A program made the position numbers and the translations under genes. From an uncultured Gammaproteobacteria bacterium (lineage in GTDB: Bacteria; Pseudomonadota; Gammaproteobacteria; Arenicellales; JAANXG01), in contig CAMYNX010000004.1 of the NCBI GenBank assembly GCA_947259875.1, positions 1-56,947 of the forward strand: 56,947 nucleotides of DNA, read 5' to 3'. Shown one piece after another: positions 10,538 to 20,050 of this stretch. Every line of letters starts with the position of its first letter. Position 1 is the stretch's first letter. The notes under the pieces were generated by a model, which saw nothing but the letters and a program-made list of their open reading frames with translations, ran no database searches and was not told where the DNA came from.

Positions 10538-11008
10538 TCAATGCTTCTGTGTGTGATGGCGCAAGCCGGTAATAACCCCGGTACCGGCGAACAGCACCAT
10601 TCGGGTCAACGTAATCTGCGGCAGCAACAAAGTGCTCAAGGCGCCGATCACAGCCCCTTTCACGGCGCTTTGAACCTGGTTACTTTCGACTGGGAGGCCA
10701 TGGACTAAACGCACGAAATGCTCGCAATTGCATGTCAGCAGGTTCCAGCGTAAATCCTTGGCCGTCAGACAGGCTCGCGCGTTTGCGACCACGGTGTGTC
10801 CAGGCAGTTGACCTTGTATCGGACTGATATTGATGCGCCGTCCCTGTGTCACTTGTCCCCAAGGTTCTTCGGTCACTGCATTGGTTCGTCTGGAAAGCGA
10901 TATAAGTGTCGGGCGACCATCTACGGATCGATCGGAGACAATGGCGTAATGCTTGAAGATCGGGTAACAAACCTCGATCACCGTGCCCGGGCTGAATTCG
11001 TTATGCAT
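10538..11008 (-). CDS. LRAT / NlpC-P60 superfamily protein with C-terminal hydrophobic anchor
   Basis: 156 aa. His-box IFKHYAIVSD and the diagnostic NCEHF Cys-box. C-terminal AVIGALSTLLLPQITLTRMVLFAGTGVITGL. Confidence 0.65.
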   Translation of the reverse strand: MHNEFSPGTVIEVCYPIFKHYAIVSDRSVDGRPTLISLSRRTNAVTEEPWGQVTQGRRINISPIQGQLPGHTVVANARACLTAKDLRWNLLTCNCEHFVRLVHGLPVESNQVQSAVKGAVIGALSTLLLPQITLTRMVLFAGTGVITGLRHHTQKH

Positions 11009-11477
11009 AGGACTACCGAAGTGACATTATATATCGTGAAAAACCACTGTCTTTAATTGAGTTCGCCGAATGCCATGTGGTTGTATAGTTTTTATTATGG
11101 GGCGCTTTTCCCAGAATCAAAGTGTCATTACATATTCCGACTGACCTTATCACCGTTAGTTTCATTTTTGGTAAATCGTGGCGCAGGGGATCGCCTGTAA
11201 ATAGGACCAAGAATTTTTGCAACCCTTCCACATGCCAACACGCTGGTCTCGTGACCTCGATGCTCGAAAAAAATCTCCCCCATGTAAAGCGGTATCATGA
11301 TAGTGCACATGTGCTCGGATGAGACTTGCAGTGAAATTAGGCAAGCTGATTACGATCGTGGACAAGGTAATGGCTCAAGTTAGGCTCGCGCAGCGACGGC
11401 GTATTGACTCCAATATTGGCATTCCATCAGCTAAGTGGGTAGGCAGTGTGTTCATGGGGGCGTTATAGAAAAATATT

Positions 11478-13547
11478 TCAGGCGATATTGGATCGCAATA
11501 CATCTGGTTCATAACGCTCGGTCGGGTCGCCATAATAGTAGCCTTGCGCCAGGCTGATTCCGAATTTCGCCACCAGTTGATGAATGTTCTCGTCCTCCAC
11601 CCACTCGGCGATCGCCTTGACGCCTAGCGCCTTTGTCACCAGTTGGATATGCTTGACGAGCTGGCGATCACGGCCGTTTGCCACCATATTCTGAACAAAA
11701 CTCCCCTCGATCTTCACGTAGTCCACGGGGAAATGCCTCAGGTAAAGAAAGGAATTGAATCCGCTGCCAAAGTCATCGAGCGCGAACAGAATTCCCCTGT
11801 TCTTGAGCTTACGCATCAATGTGGATAGGCTGGACAGGTGACGCAATGCCTCCCGCTCGGTGATCTCAATAACCAATTCGCCACTGGGAATTCCCTGGGT
11901 GTCCAGTAGATCGGGGAGTCCGAGCATGAACTGTTGGTTTTGTATGCTGGCGGCAGACAGGTTGACAAAAAGCTTCACACCCCCCAAGGAAGGGCTCTGT
12001 TGTTTGTACTTGAGCGCACTTTCGATGACAAACTGATCGAACTCTTCGATCCCGTGCCGCTCCAGGTCAGCGATAAAGGTATCAGCGCTCAGTAGCTCGT
12101 CACCATTGCGGACCCGGGTGAGCACTTCATAACCAAAAACGCGTTTTGAGTTCACCTCGATGATAGGTTGGGTGAACAGTGTCATGTGGCCCTCGCGTAT
12201 GGCTTTTTGGATCCAAGCCTTGCGCCCGAACCTTTCGCTGATGTTATGGACCTCTGCGGGGTCGACGGTAACGACGCGATTTCTGCCTGCCTCCTTGGCC
12301 TTGTGCACTGCCACGTCGCCGGCCACCGTCAGTTCCGCCACACTGCGCCCATGGTCGGGGTACGTGACCACGCCGAAGCTGGCGGACAGCCAAATAGGAC
12401 CTCTTTGGCTATCGATCTCGGTCACCGAAAGCGCGCGGCACAAGCCTTCTGCCAGCGCTACGGCCTCTTCCCCGGGGGTTCGGGGCAGGACCGCTGCGAA
12501 CTCGTCGCCACCGGTCCGTGCGACGATGCCCCTATCCCGCACATGGTTCATGAGTATCATCGTGACCTTTTTGAGCACTTTGTCACCAAATGGATGACCA
12601 TTAGCATCGTTGATGTGATGAAAGCGATCGATGTTGAGAAAGATGATAGAGAATGATTCCTTGCTTGTTTTGAAGTACTCGATTTCTGATTTGATGCAGT
12701 CCTCAAACTTGCGGCGGTTATAGAGCCGCGTCAGTGGGTCGTTATGTGTGAGTCTGTTTACCTTGACGTTGTAGCTCTGTATGGAGCTTAGTAGTTCATT
12801 GAACGACTCTGATAGTTCCCCGATCTCCTGGACTCTACTGTCAGGGTTGACCCGTCTGCTCAAGTCGGTGTCGCGTACGGCTCCCTTGATGATTCCCACC
12901 AGCCTGGTCAAGGGAGTGATAAGAAACAGGCGCAGGTTTGCGTGCATCGTTATTAATAGAGCGATTAATAGAAACACGCTGAATCCTATGAGCAACTTTA
13001 CAGTAAGGTCTAATGGCACTTTTAGTTTTTCTATGGGTTGGACTATTTCAATGACGCCACTGATGTCTCCGGGTGAAGCCGACGTGTGGCATGACACGCA
13101 GCGGTCCCCGATTTTAATCGGATAGAGATAGCGAATAGCGTGTTCTTTGATGGACAACTGCTCGGTACCGGTTAAGAACACCTGAAACGCGGCGGGGTCT
13201 ATTTCAGTCCCGCGCGGGGTCTTGTCGTTGGGATATGTATAATCCTCAGGATAGTTAGTAATGATGCGTATACTCCCCTCGTTGATCAACGCTTTGAGCT
13301 TTGCAATCGCCGCATCCATATCCTTTTTGGTACCACCTTGGCCCATGACGAGGTAAATGCTATGAAATGCCAGCTGAGCGACCTCGCGAGCATGGTCTTC
13401 AGCCAGATCTTGCACCGCCGTCTTCTTCAGGTAGGCCGAGGCCAACACGAGCAGCACTACCGTCACCAAGAGCGTGGTGCCGAACATGACCAACACCAAC
13501 CTATTGAGGCTGTGTTTGCGATTATTGTCCGTAGTACGCAACGACAA
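11478..13547 (-). CDS. Membrane sensor: DUF3365-type (c-haem CxxCH) periplasmic module - HAMP - GGDEF - EAL
   Basis: 689 aa. N-terminal TM, DRCVSCHTSASPGDISGVIEIV (CxxCH), second TM, then RTGGDEFAAVL (GGDEF), YEVLTRV and DDFGSGFNSF (EAL-domain motifs). Confidence 0.8.
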   Translation of the reverse strand: MSLRTTDNNRKHSLNRLVLVMFGTTLLVTVVLLVLASAYLKKTAVQDLAEDHAREVAQLAFHSIYLVMGQGGTKKDMDAAIAKLKALINEGSIRIITNYPEDYTYPNDKTPRGTEIDPAAFQVFLTGTEQLSIKEHAIRYLYPIKIGDRCVSCHTSASPGDISGVIEIVQPIEKLKVPLDLTVKLLIGFSVFLLIALLITMHANLRLFLITPLTRLVGIIKGAVRDTDLSRRVNPDSRVQEIGELSESFNELLSSIQSYNVKVNRLTHNDPLTRLYNRRKFEDCIKSEIEYFKTSKESFSIIFLNIDRFHHINDANGHPFGDKVLKKVTMILMNHVRDRGIVARTGGDEFAAVLPRTPGEEAVALAEGLCRALSVTEIDSQRGPIWLSASFGVVTYPDHGRSVAELTVAGDVAVHKAKEAGRNRVVTVDPAEVHNISERFGRKAWIQKAIREGHMTLFTQPIIEVNSKRVFGYEVLTRVRNGDELLSADTFIADLERHGIEEFDQFVIESALKYKQQSPSLGGVKLFVNLSAASIQNQQFMLGLPDLLDTQGIPSGELVIEITEREALRHLSSLSTLMRKLKNRGILFALDDFGSGFNSFLYLRHFPVDYVKIEGSFVQNMVANGRDRQLVKHIQLVTKALGVKAIAEWVEDENIHQLVAKFGISLAQGYYYGDPTERYEPDVLRSNIA

Positions 13548-13945
13548 TCAAGCTTCCTCGTTTTTCGACGTCAACTGCACGCGAACGGCAAACGCCCAGC
13601 GTTTTCTCAAAAGAATTCGCGTGGGTTCGATTGCTGTTGACGCTCAGACTCACCGCCGCTAATTTCGTCGACTACTCTTAAAATCTTAGGCCAAAGCCCA
13701 ATTTTCGCTACTGCAAATACTGACGTATATCAATTGAGCTGGCCGTTTTATGCCGGATTGATGGCATTATGGTCGGCAGGTTCCACATCAGTTTATTAAC
13801 TAGTTCAAGCGCAAGACACATTCTCGGCACTCATTACTGGTACTATGTTTGGGTCAATTCGATACCACGTTCAACGGAACTTTTAGAGTTGGATCCCCCC
13901 TAACTGGTTGATTCTTGAAAGAAACTCATCGCGGAGAGAGCATTT

Positions 13946-14941
13946 GTGACCATACTCAACTGTTTTCTAGCAAGTGTGATCTTGTTTTGGCTGTGGGCGC
14001 CGGTCACGGTGGCGGCGAAAGAGCCCCTGTTTGGGGATGTCATGGCTGCCGTCGTGGGGTTACGCGTCGACGTGCGGGATGACGCCCGCACCGCGAAGTC
14101 GCTGGGCACCGAGCGCGAAGGCTCGGGGGTTGTCATTGACACCGATGGTCTTATCGTGACCATCGGTTATTTGATTCTCGAAGCCCGTGCGGTCAGCGTT
14201 GTGCTCCCCGGCGGTGACGTCGTTCCCGCGCAGATTTTGGCATACGATCACGATAGTGGTTTCGGTTTGATACGCGTTGAAAAACCGCTTGGCGTTTCCC
14301 CGATGCCGCTGGGAAACTCTAAAGTCGTTGACATTCGAGAGCCAGGGTTGGTCGCAAGTTATGGCGGACTGGCCCATGTGCGGCCGGTGAGGGTAGTGTC
14401 GCGACGGGTGTTCGCGGGTTATTGGGAATATCTGTTGGAAAACGCCATATTTACTTCTCCTCCACACCCGTTGTTTGGTGGTGCTGCGCTCATTAATTCC
14501 ACGGGCGAACTAATTGGCATCGGCTCTTTGGTGGTGCCAGACGCCGTGGCGGAGACCGACCTTCCAGGCAATATGTTCGTGCCGATCGAGGCATTGACAC
14601 CCATTATCGATGAACTTCTGTCCAAGGGCCGTAAGTCCATGCCATCGCGACCGTGGCTCGGTATCTACAGTGAGGAAACAGCCGGCCGGTTGCGTGTTGT
14701 CCGTGTCGCCGATGAGGGTCCGGCGGTGCAAGCCGGGATCGAAAGTGGTGACATTATATTGACCGTCGCCGATCAACAGATCGCCTCTATGGAAGAGTTC
14801 TATCGTCAGGTCTGGGCGTTAGGTGACGCAGGTGTGCCGGTATCCATGACCGTCCTCAAGGGTGCAACCACGCGCGACATCGTCGTGCACAGTATGGACC
14901 GATACAAATGGCTGCGAATTCATCGCCCGCGTCAAGATTGA
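13946..14941 (+). CDS. HtrA/S1C-like trypsin-fold + PDZ protein, catalytic motifs not recognisable
   Basis: 331 aa, signal peptide. GSGVVIDTDGLIVTIGYLI (expected TNxHV), DSGFGLIRV (expected D[LI]A[VL]L), HPLFGGAALINSTGELIGIGS (expected GNSGGAL). C-terminal PDZ-like VVRVADEGPAVQAGIESGDIILTV. Confidence 0.6.
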   Translation: MTILNCFLASVILFWLWAPVTVAAKEPLFGDVMAAVVGLRVDVRDDARTAKSLGTEREGSGVVIDTDGLIVTIGYLILEARAVSVVLPGGDVVPAQILAYDHDSGFGLIRVEKPLGVSPMPLGNSKVVDIREPGLVASYGGLAHVRPVRVVSRRVFAGYWEYLLENAIFTSPPHPLFGGAALINSTGELIGIGSLVVPDAVAETDLPGNMFVPIEALTPIIDELLSKGRKSMPSRPWLGIYSEETAGRLRVVRVADEGPAVQAGIESGDIILTVADQQIASMEEFYRQVWALGDAGVPVSMTVLKGATTRDIVVHSMDRYKWLRIHRPRQD

Positions 14942-15147
14942 TAATTGCAGAACGCGCTTCCGGTATCGCCGAGCGCCCATCAGCGGGACGCCCCGAAGTA
15001 TTACATGCGGATCTCACGTGATTACGGAGTTTCTCGCCCGACTACCACCCAAGGGATTCCGATTCCCGACAACAGTGAACATCTTGACCGGATCAAGTAA
15101 AATTCCTAGCGAAGGTAGATGTTGTTCAACATAGGAGGCTCAAAAAC

Positions 15148-15345
15148 ATGCGGACAGCATTAATTGTTTTGGTACTGTTTGCACTTGCTTTAACGGTTGG
15201 TTCCCTGGCATGGGGATTGATCTCGATGAGCAAAGGCGGTCAATTCGATCGTAAGCATAGCCACGAATTCATGTTCGCACGAGTCGCTTTTCATGCTGTG
15301 GCCGTAGCGATTGCACTACTGGTTTTATACCTGTTCGTCGGCTAA
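15148..15345 (+). CDS. Twin-transmembrane-helix small protein (HIG1-like)
   Basis: 65 aa, AGGAGG-like SD (ATAGGAGGCTCAAAAACATG), two TM helices joined by a basic loop KGGQFDRKHSHEFMFARV. Confidence 0.6.
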   Translation: MRTALIVLVLFALALTVGSLAWGLISMSKGGQFDRKHSHEFMFARVAFHAVAVAIALLVLYLFVG

Positions 15346-15899
15346 TGACTCAGCAGAGATGGGACACACTCAACGCACACTCTATGCGACTGCAAAACAA
15401 ACAATTTGCTTCGCCCATCGACGGCCGAGCTTAGCGGTAGTACTCGGAGCTCGCCGGTAAGCGCTAACCGGATATCACTCTGGATAGCAGTTTTGTTAAT
15501 GTTTGTTTTGCGCGACGTGTTATCAAGAATCTGAGTGTGACGACAAGGGCTAAAAACGACGGCGCTCGTCATCCCAGTGTCGATAGTGTTGGTGATCTGC
15601 GGTGTTGCTACTGCCGGGAAACAAATCTGTGGTGTGCGTATCCGTGATTAATTGGTGCCGGGCTCATGTTTGACTAGAACAAGATCTGCTCGCGTAATCG
15701 ATGTTGACGAAGTCGCGTTTGTGGTGCCGTAGGACGAGCCAGCGCAGACCGCGTGGAGCGTGAATTAGCATGCGCATAGACTTTTCCCTTAATTTTAAAG
15801 AACATCAATATTATTGGTGGTTCGCGCCACTGTGACCGCCGCTTTTACGGAAAACCTGATTGATCATTGCTTGGTCTTCATCTAAACGAGGAAAAATAG

Positions 15900-16667
15900 A
15901 TGGCACGGTGGATCCAGTTTGAACACGAGGGACAGGTGAAGTTCGGAATCCTGTCGGGGGATGCCGTTAAAGTGCATCAGGGCAACATGTTTACCAGGCC
16001 GACACCTACCGACGAGCAGGTGGACATCGCTGCAGTCAAGCTGTTGACTCCCACACAGCCGAGCAAATTGATCTGTCTGTGGAATAACTTCAATATGTTG
16101 GCCTCGAAGCTAAGTCTATCGATTCCGCAAGAGCCGCTGTATTTCATCAAAGCGACTACATCATATTTGCCAGGCGACGCATCTATCCGCAGGCCGCAAT
16201 CCTATGATGGCAAGGTCATCTTCGAAGGTGAGCTGGGCGTGGTGATCGGTAAGGAATGCCGGCGTGTATCGGAAGTGGACGCGCGCGAGCATATATTCGG
16301 CTATACGTGTGTCAACGACGTCACCGCCGTGGAGCTGTTAAACAAGGACAGTACTTTCACCCAGTGGACGCGGGCCAAAAGCTTTGACACCTTCGGTGTA
16401 TTCGGTCCAGTGATCGCCACCGACCTAGAACCGGAAGGCCTTGTAGTGAAGTCCCACTTGAACGGAACGAAGCGGCAGGACTATCCGGTTTCTGACATGA
16501 TTTTCTCTCCCTATCGCCTGGTGAGCTTGATATCCCAGGATATGTCCCTACTGCCTGGCGATGTCATTGCTTGTGGGACCAATGTTGGGGTTGGTTCCAT
16601 GAAGCCCGGCAGCACCATCGAAATCTCTATCGAGGGTATCGGTATATTGAGCAATACATACGATTAA
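15900..16667 (+). CDS. Fumarylacetoacetate hydrolase (FAH) family protein
   Basis: 255 aa. ..FEGELGVVIGK.., ..YTCVNDVTA.., ..AKSFDTF.. and ..GDVIACGT.. are FAH-family blocks. Confidence 0.8.
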   Translation: MARWIQFEHEGQVKFGILSGDAVKVHQGNMFTRPTPTDEQVDIAAVKLLTPTQPSKLICLWNNFNMLASKLSLSIPQEPLYFIKATTSYLPGDASIRRPQSYDGKVIFEGELGVVIGKECRRVSEVDAREHIFGYTCVNDVTAVELLNKDSTFTQWTRAKSFDTFGVFGPVIATDLEPEGLVVKSHLNGTKRQDYPVSDMIFSPYRLVSLISQDMSLLPGDVIACGTNVGVGSMKPGSTIEISIEGIGILSNTYD

Positions 16668-16675
16668 CCCGTAGT

Positions 16676-16731
16676 TTGTACCTAAGGATCCCGGATGATG
16701 GCGACGGGAGCGGGGCGCCTTGGTGCAATAT
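16676..16731 (-). repeat. MITE-like repeat, minimal 56-bp copy (two ends only), inverted relative to the 8748 copy
   Basis: CCTTGGTGCAATAT (16718-16731) is the exact reverse complement of 8755-8768. AGGATCCCGGATGATGGCGA matches the reverse complement of the subterminal TCGCCATCACCCGGGATCCT of the 8748 copy. The other end is TTGTACCTAAGG (16676-16687). Confidence 0.65.
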
Positions 16732-16787
16732 GCGGTTTATAGGCTTGTGCCCGGGCCACGGTCGATCTATGGCGCGGGGTGATGACG

Positions 16788-17060
16788 CTATTTCCGTTTA
16801 CCCGACGAACTGCCGACACCCGCCGATGACAGAAATTCCCGCAGGTGGCGGATATCTTGCTTGCTGGCGGCGCTACTGCGATGAGGACGGTGTAGCGTGC
16901 CCTCGACACCATTCAGCACGATGCGGAAACGTGCCCCGTGACCAGGCTGAACATCGGCGCCTAGCCAATTCAACAATGACTCGATATCCCGCCAGTGTAT
17001 GTTGCCGCTGACAGGCTCGGTAAAGACGGAGGCCAGGGTGCGTTCGTGCTTGCTACTCAT
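16788..17060 (-). CDS. hicA: HicA-like toxin (YcfA/HicA family), no cognate hicB present
   Basis: 90 aa. MSSKHERTLASVFTEPVSGNIHWRDIESLLNWLGADVQPGHGARFRIVLNGVEGTLHRPH matches the common HicA subfamily pattern (KT.EAIF..P....I.W..IE.L...LGA......GS..R..LNG....FHRPH). Confidence 0.6.
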   Translation of the reverse strand: MSSKHERTLASVFTEPVSGNIHWRDIESLLNWLGADVQPGHGARFRIVLNGVEGTLHRPHRSSAASKQDIRHLREFLSSAGVGSSSGKRK

Positions 17061-17288
17061 TTGACGACTAAGCTGGTGGTTATGCCAATCTCTCAGGTTG
17101 TCGCTCGCGCCGCCCGCTTACCGAACAAACTTCGGTATTGGCATAGGGTTATACTTGCCGCAGCAGTAAGTCATCGGCTGAATACGCCCGAGAAGCTGTA
17201 TCGACAAGATACCCGATTATCTCGTTATTACAACTAATTTTTAATAGGTCTCGATCGTTTCGTGGGGAAGCGGTGGTGATATCACGAC

Positions 17289-17887
17289 TTATTGCGGAGA
17301 CTGTGTATGGTAACGCGGGTCGTTCCCGTGTTGTTTGATCCAATTCAATGCGAGTTGCCGGGCTTCGGCGATCTGGCCTGCAGACATACGTCGAGCCAAC
17401 ATATCGCGATTTCTGGAGGCTTGTGAATTTCCCTGCGCCGCTGCAAGATAAAACCATTTGTAGGCTTGAAGATATTCTTCGGGAACACCCTGTCCGTTGG
17501 TATAGTGAACACCAAGATTGTTCTGCGCTTCAACAACGCCCTGTTCCGCAGACTTTCGATACCAGGTGACGGCCGTTATGTAGTTTTGCGTTGCAGTCCT
17601 TGTGACGCGATCTCATAGTCTCCTCGGCCAAACGCGATGATGAGCCGCTCTCGGTCGGCAATATATTTGATCTGCTGTTCCAACAGATCCATGACCCGTG
17701 TTATAGGTAACGGGAACGGAGCGGACGCAATATCTTTCAAGAGTCCGTGCTGATCTTTTGTGGGCGCGTTGCCTTCTGATTTCGGGTTCACACCTGGCGC
17801 CAGCGACAGCGGCACGAGGCTCACAATGGCAGTAATGAGTGCTTTATGCTTCAGCATTTCAATGACAATGGGAAACCGAGCTCGCAT
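17289..17887 (-). pseudogene. Secreted Sel1-repeat (SLR/TPR-like) protein, reading frame split at an A4 run
   Basis: The N-terminal ORF 17576..17887 (likely start MLKHKALITAIVSLVPLSLA, ..AFGRGDYEIASQGLQRKTT*) stops at 17576. A different frame (17289..17578, no start codon) reads ITAVTWYRKSAEQGVVEAQNNLGVHYTNGQGVPEEYLQAYKWFYLAAAQGNSQASRNRDMLARRMSAGQIAEARQLALNW, a canonical Sel1 repeat. Confidence 0.6.
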
Positions 17888-17943
17888 TATAATCCAATCA
17901 CGACTCGTAGATATTAATCAGCGCCGATAACTGGGAACCCACT

Positions 17944-18732
17944 ATGCATCTAACCGTCAACGATATTGAGATGAACTATGAGATCTCTGGTAAGCATAAA
18001 GCTCCAGTAGTGGTCCTGAGTCACTCCTTAGGATCCAGCACCGTGATGTGGAAACCGCAGATTGAAGAATTAAGCTCTGAATATCAAGTGCTGCGTTACG
18101 ATACCAGAGGTCATGGTGATTCTGAGGCGCCGGACGGTGCGTACGACCTTGATCTACTCGGTGATGATGCGGTGGCGTTACTCGATGCGTTAGATATCGA
18201 ACGGGTGCATTGGGTGGGATTGTCCATGGGTGGCATGATCGGCCAGAGTATCGCGCTGCGTTATCCCGAGCGTCTGTTGACCTTGGCTTTATGTGACACC
18301 ATGGCGGTAGTACCGGATGAAATGCAAGGGGTGTGGCTAGAACGCATTGAGATCGCCCGGGAGTCCGGCATGGATGCATTGGCAGATGCCACCATGGAGC
18401 GCTGGTTTACGGAGGCCTTTCGCAGCACCCATGCACAGGCAGTAGCACCGATACGGCGGCAGTTTGTTGCCACCGCTGTCGCCGGTTTTGTCGGGTGTTG
18501 CGAGGCGATAAGGTGTCTCAATTACCTGCCCAGACTGAACAGCATCGAGACTCCTACGTTAGCGGTGGTGGGCGAGCACGACCAGGCAACACCGGTTGCC
18601 GCAGCGGATGCCATACATGACCGGATCGCTTCTTCAGAGCGGGTGGTGATCCCTAATGCCGCCCATCTGTCTAACATCGAACAACATGAATTGTTCAATA
18701 AAACGGTGCTTGATTTTCTTAAGCGTCACTAG
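17944..18732 (+). CDS. Alpha/beta hydrolase, 3-oxoadipate enol-lactonase-like
   Basis: 262 aa. MHLTVNDIEMNYEISG..VVVLSHSLGSS..MW, nucleophile elbow GLSMGG, C-terminal AAHLSNIEQ. Confidence 0.7.
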   Translation: MHLTVNDIEMNYEISGKHKAPVVVLSHSLGSSTVMWKPQIEELSSEYQVLRYDTRGHGDSEAPDGAYDLDLLGDDAVALLDALDIERVHWVGLSMGGMIGQSIALRYPERLLTLALCDTMAVVPDEMQGVWLERIEIARESGMDALADATMERWFTEAFRSTHAQAVAPIRRQFVATAVAGFVGCCEAIRCLNYLPRLNSIETPTLAVVGEHDQATPVAAADAIHDRIASSERVVIPNAAHLSNIEQHELFNKTVLDFLKRH

Positions 18733-18833
18733 ACGTTCTAGACACAAAATGTGACGTAGGGACGCCTCCTTCGGTGCCTCATAATCACAGCCCAGCCGCT
18801 CATTTGTTGATATATTGAAACGCCCTCAGTTGT

Positions 18834-19244
18834 TCATGGCGTATGGTTAACGGTCACATCCGTAGAACCGGACGTAAAACTTGCCCGGGTGTCACCGTCC
18901 GCATCGTTTGCTGCCTCGACCACGAAATAAACTATTCCCACACCGAGCAGCAAACCAAACGCCAGGCAGCCGTTGGGGCTGCGCTCGCAGAATGGGCGTC
19001 GGTTTTCCGTGCTATGCATTCGGTACCACTCCGGTGCACTGGGGTTGCTGGAATACAGGGGTAACGCCACGCTCAAACCTGGTGTGCTGTCCAAGTTGGT
19101 GGAAATCAACCTCATACTGACCCGAGTGGCGGGCGAGCGGCCGAACCCATGAGAAAACTGCAGCATCGTGGCGATGGGTTCCGCGGCGACGGTGACACTG
19201 AAAGACAGGGCAAAGGCGAGGATGGAAAGTCGGCACAATTTCAT
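18834..19244 (-). CDS. Hypothetical secreted protein with C-terminal TM segment
   Basis: Start placed at MKLCRLSILAFALSFSVTVAA (ATG 19244). One later hydrophobic segment CLAFGLLLGVGIVYFVV. No family recognised. Confidence 0.4.
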   Translation of the reverse strand: MKLCRLSILAFALSFSVTVAAEPIATMLQFSHGFGRSPATRVSMRLISTNLDSTPGLSVALPLYSSNPSAPEWYRMHSTENRRPFCERSPNGCLAFGLLLGVGIVYFVVEAANDADGDTRASFTSGSTDVTVNHTP

Positions 19245-19512
19245 GGTTTCACCGTTGGGGGAAGTATCAGCCAAGAATGTAACAACGGCCGAAGGCCGTC
19301 AAGGATACGGCCCGGCGCAGCCCGGGTTGCGATGTTGATCGCTCTTCTCGCGAGCAGTTGTTAACAGATTGGACCACGATCTATCGTTGGGGTGTGGGCG
19401 TGACGGCATGAATGAGCCTAGGATTACCAGTCGGAAACGGAGAAGTCCATCGGTGTTGCGCAGAACCGATCCGAGCGGTGTAATTGGATTGATATAAACC
19501 ACAATCGCTAGT

Positions 19513-19968
19513 CTATCGCTGATCACTTCTCGATGCGGCGTGCGGATACGGTTGATGATAGCCAGGACCGGCGACGGGTGGGGTCTTGGGTAAGATGTTT
19601 TGATCGACATCCGAGCGATAGGCGTTGGTGTAACGGGCGATCACACGGTAGGTGGCAGGATTCATTAACCGCAGTTCCACGTGGTAGTCGCGGTTGGCTT
19701 TAATTCCTTGCAACGGTGGGGTGCGAAACATATACGAGGTGCGACCCCACTTGGCGGTTTGCCGGACAATGATTGATTCACCATCCCCGGGATTTTCGAA
19801 CTCGGCCTCGAGGACTGTACCTGCCGGGATGGGCCGTTTTACGCCAGCGACAAATCCATAATCGGCCTCGGCGAGCCGGTAATTGAAAATGAACCCGCCG
19901 CCAATGAATTCGATATAGGGCCTGTCTCCGTCTTCCGGTCCGGAGCAGGCGGCGAATCCTATACACAT
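19513..19968 (-). CDS. Hypothetical (lipo)protein
   Basis: 151-aa ORF beginning MCIGFAACSG (lipobox-like FAAC). The in-frame upstream codons LLKILTTV lack a canonical start, so the true start is unclear. Confidence 0.4.
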   Translation of the reverse strand: MCIGFAACSGPEDGDRPYIEFIGGGFIFNYRLAEADYGFVAGVKRPIPAGTVLEAEFENPGDGESIIVRQTAKWGRTSYMFRTPPLQGIKANRDYHVELRLMNPATYRVIARYTNAYRSDVDQNILPKTPPVAGPGYHQPYPHAASRSDQR

Positions 19969-20050
19969 TACCGTAGTCAGTATCTTTAGCAGTTGTCAGC
20001 ACCCCCTGGCGCGCCAATCATGCAAAGGTTTTGTCGAGCCATGCCGAGTT

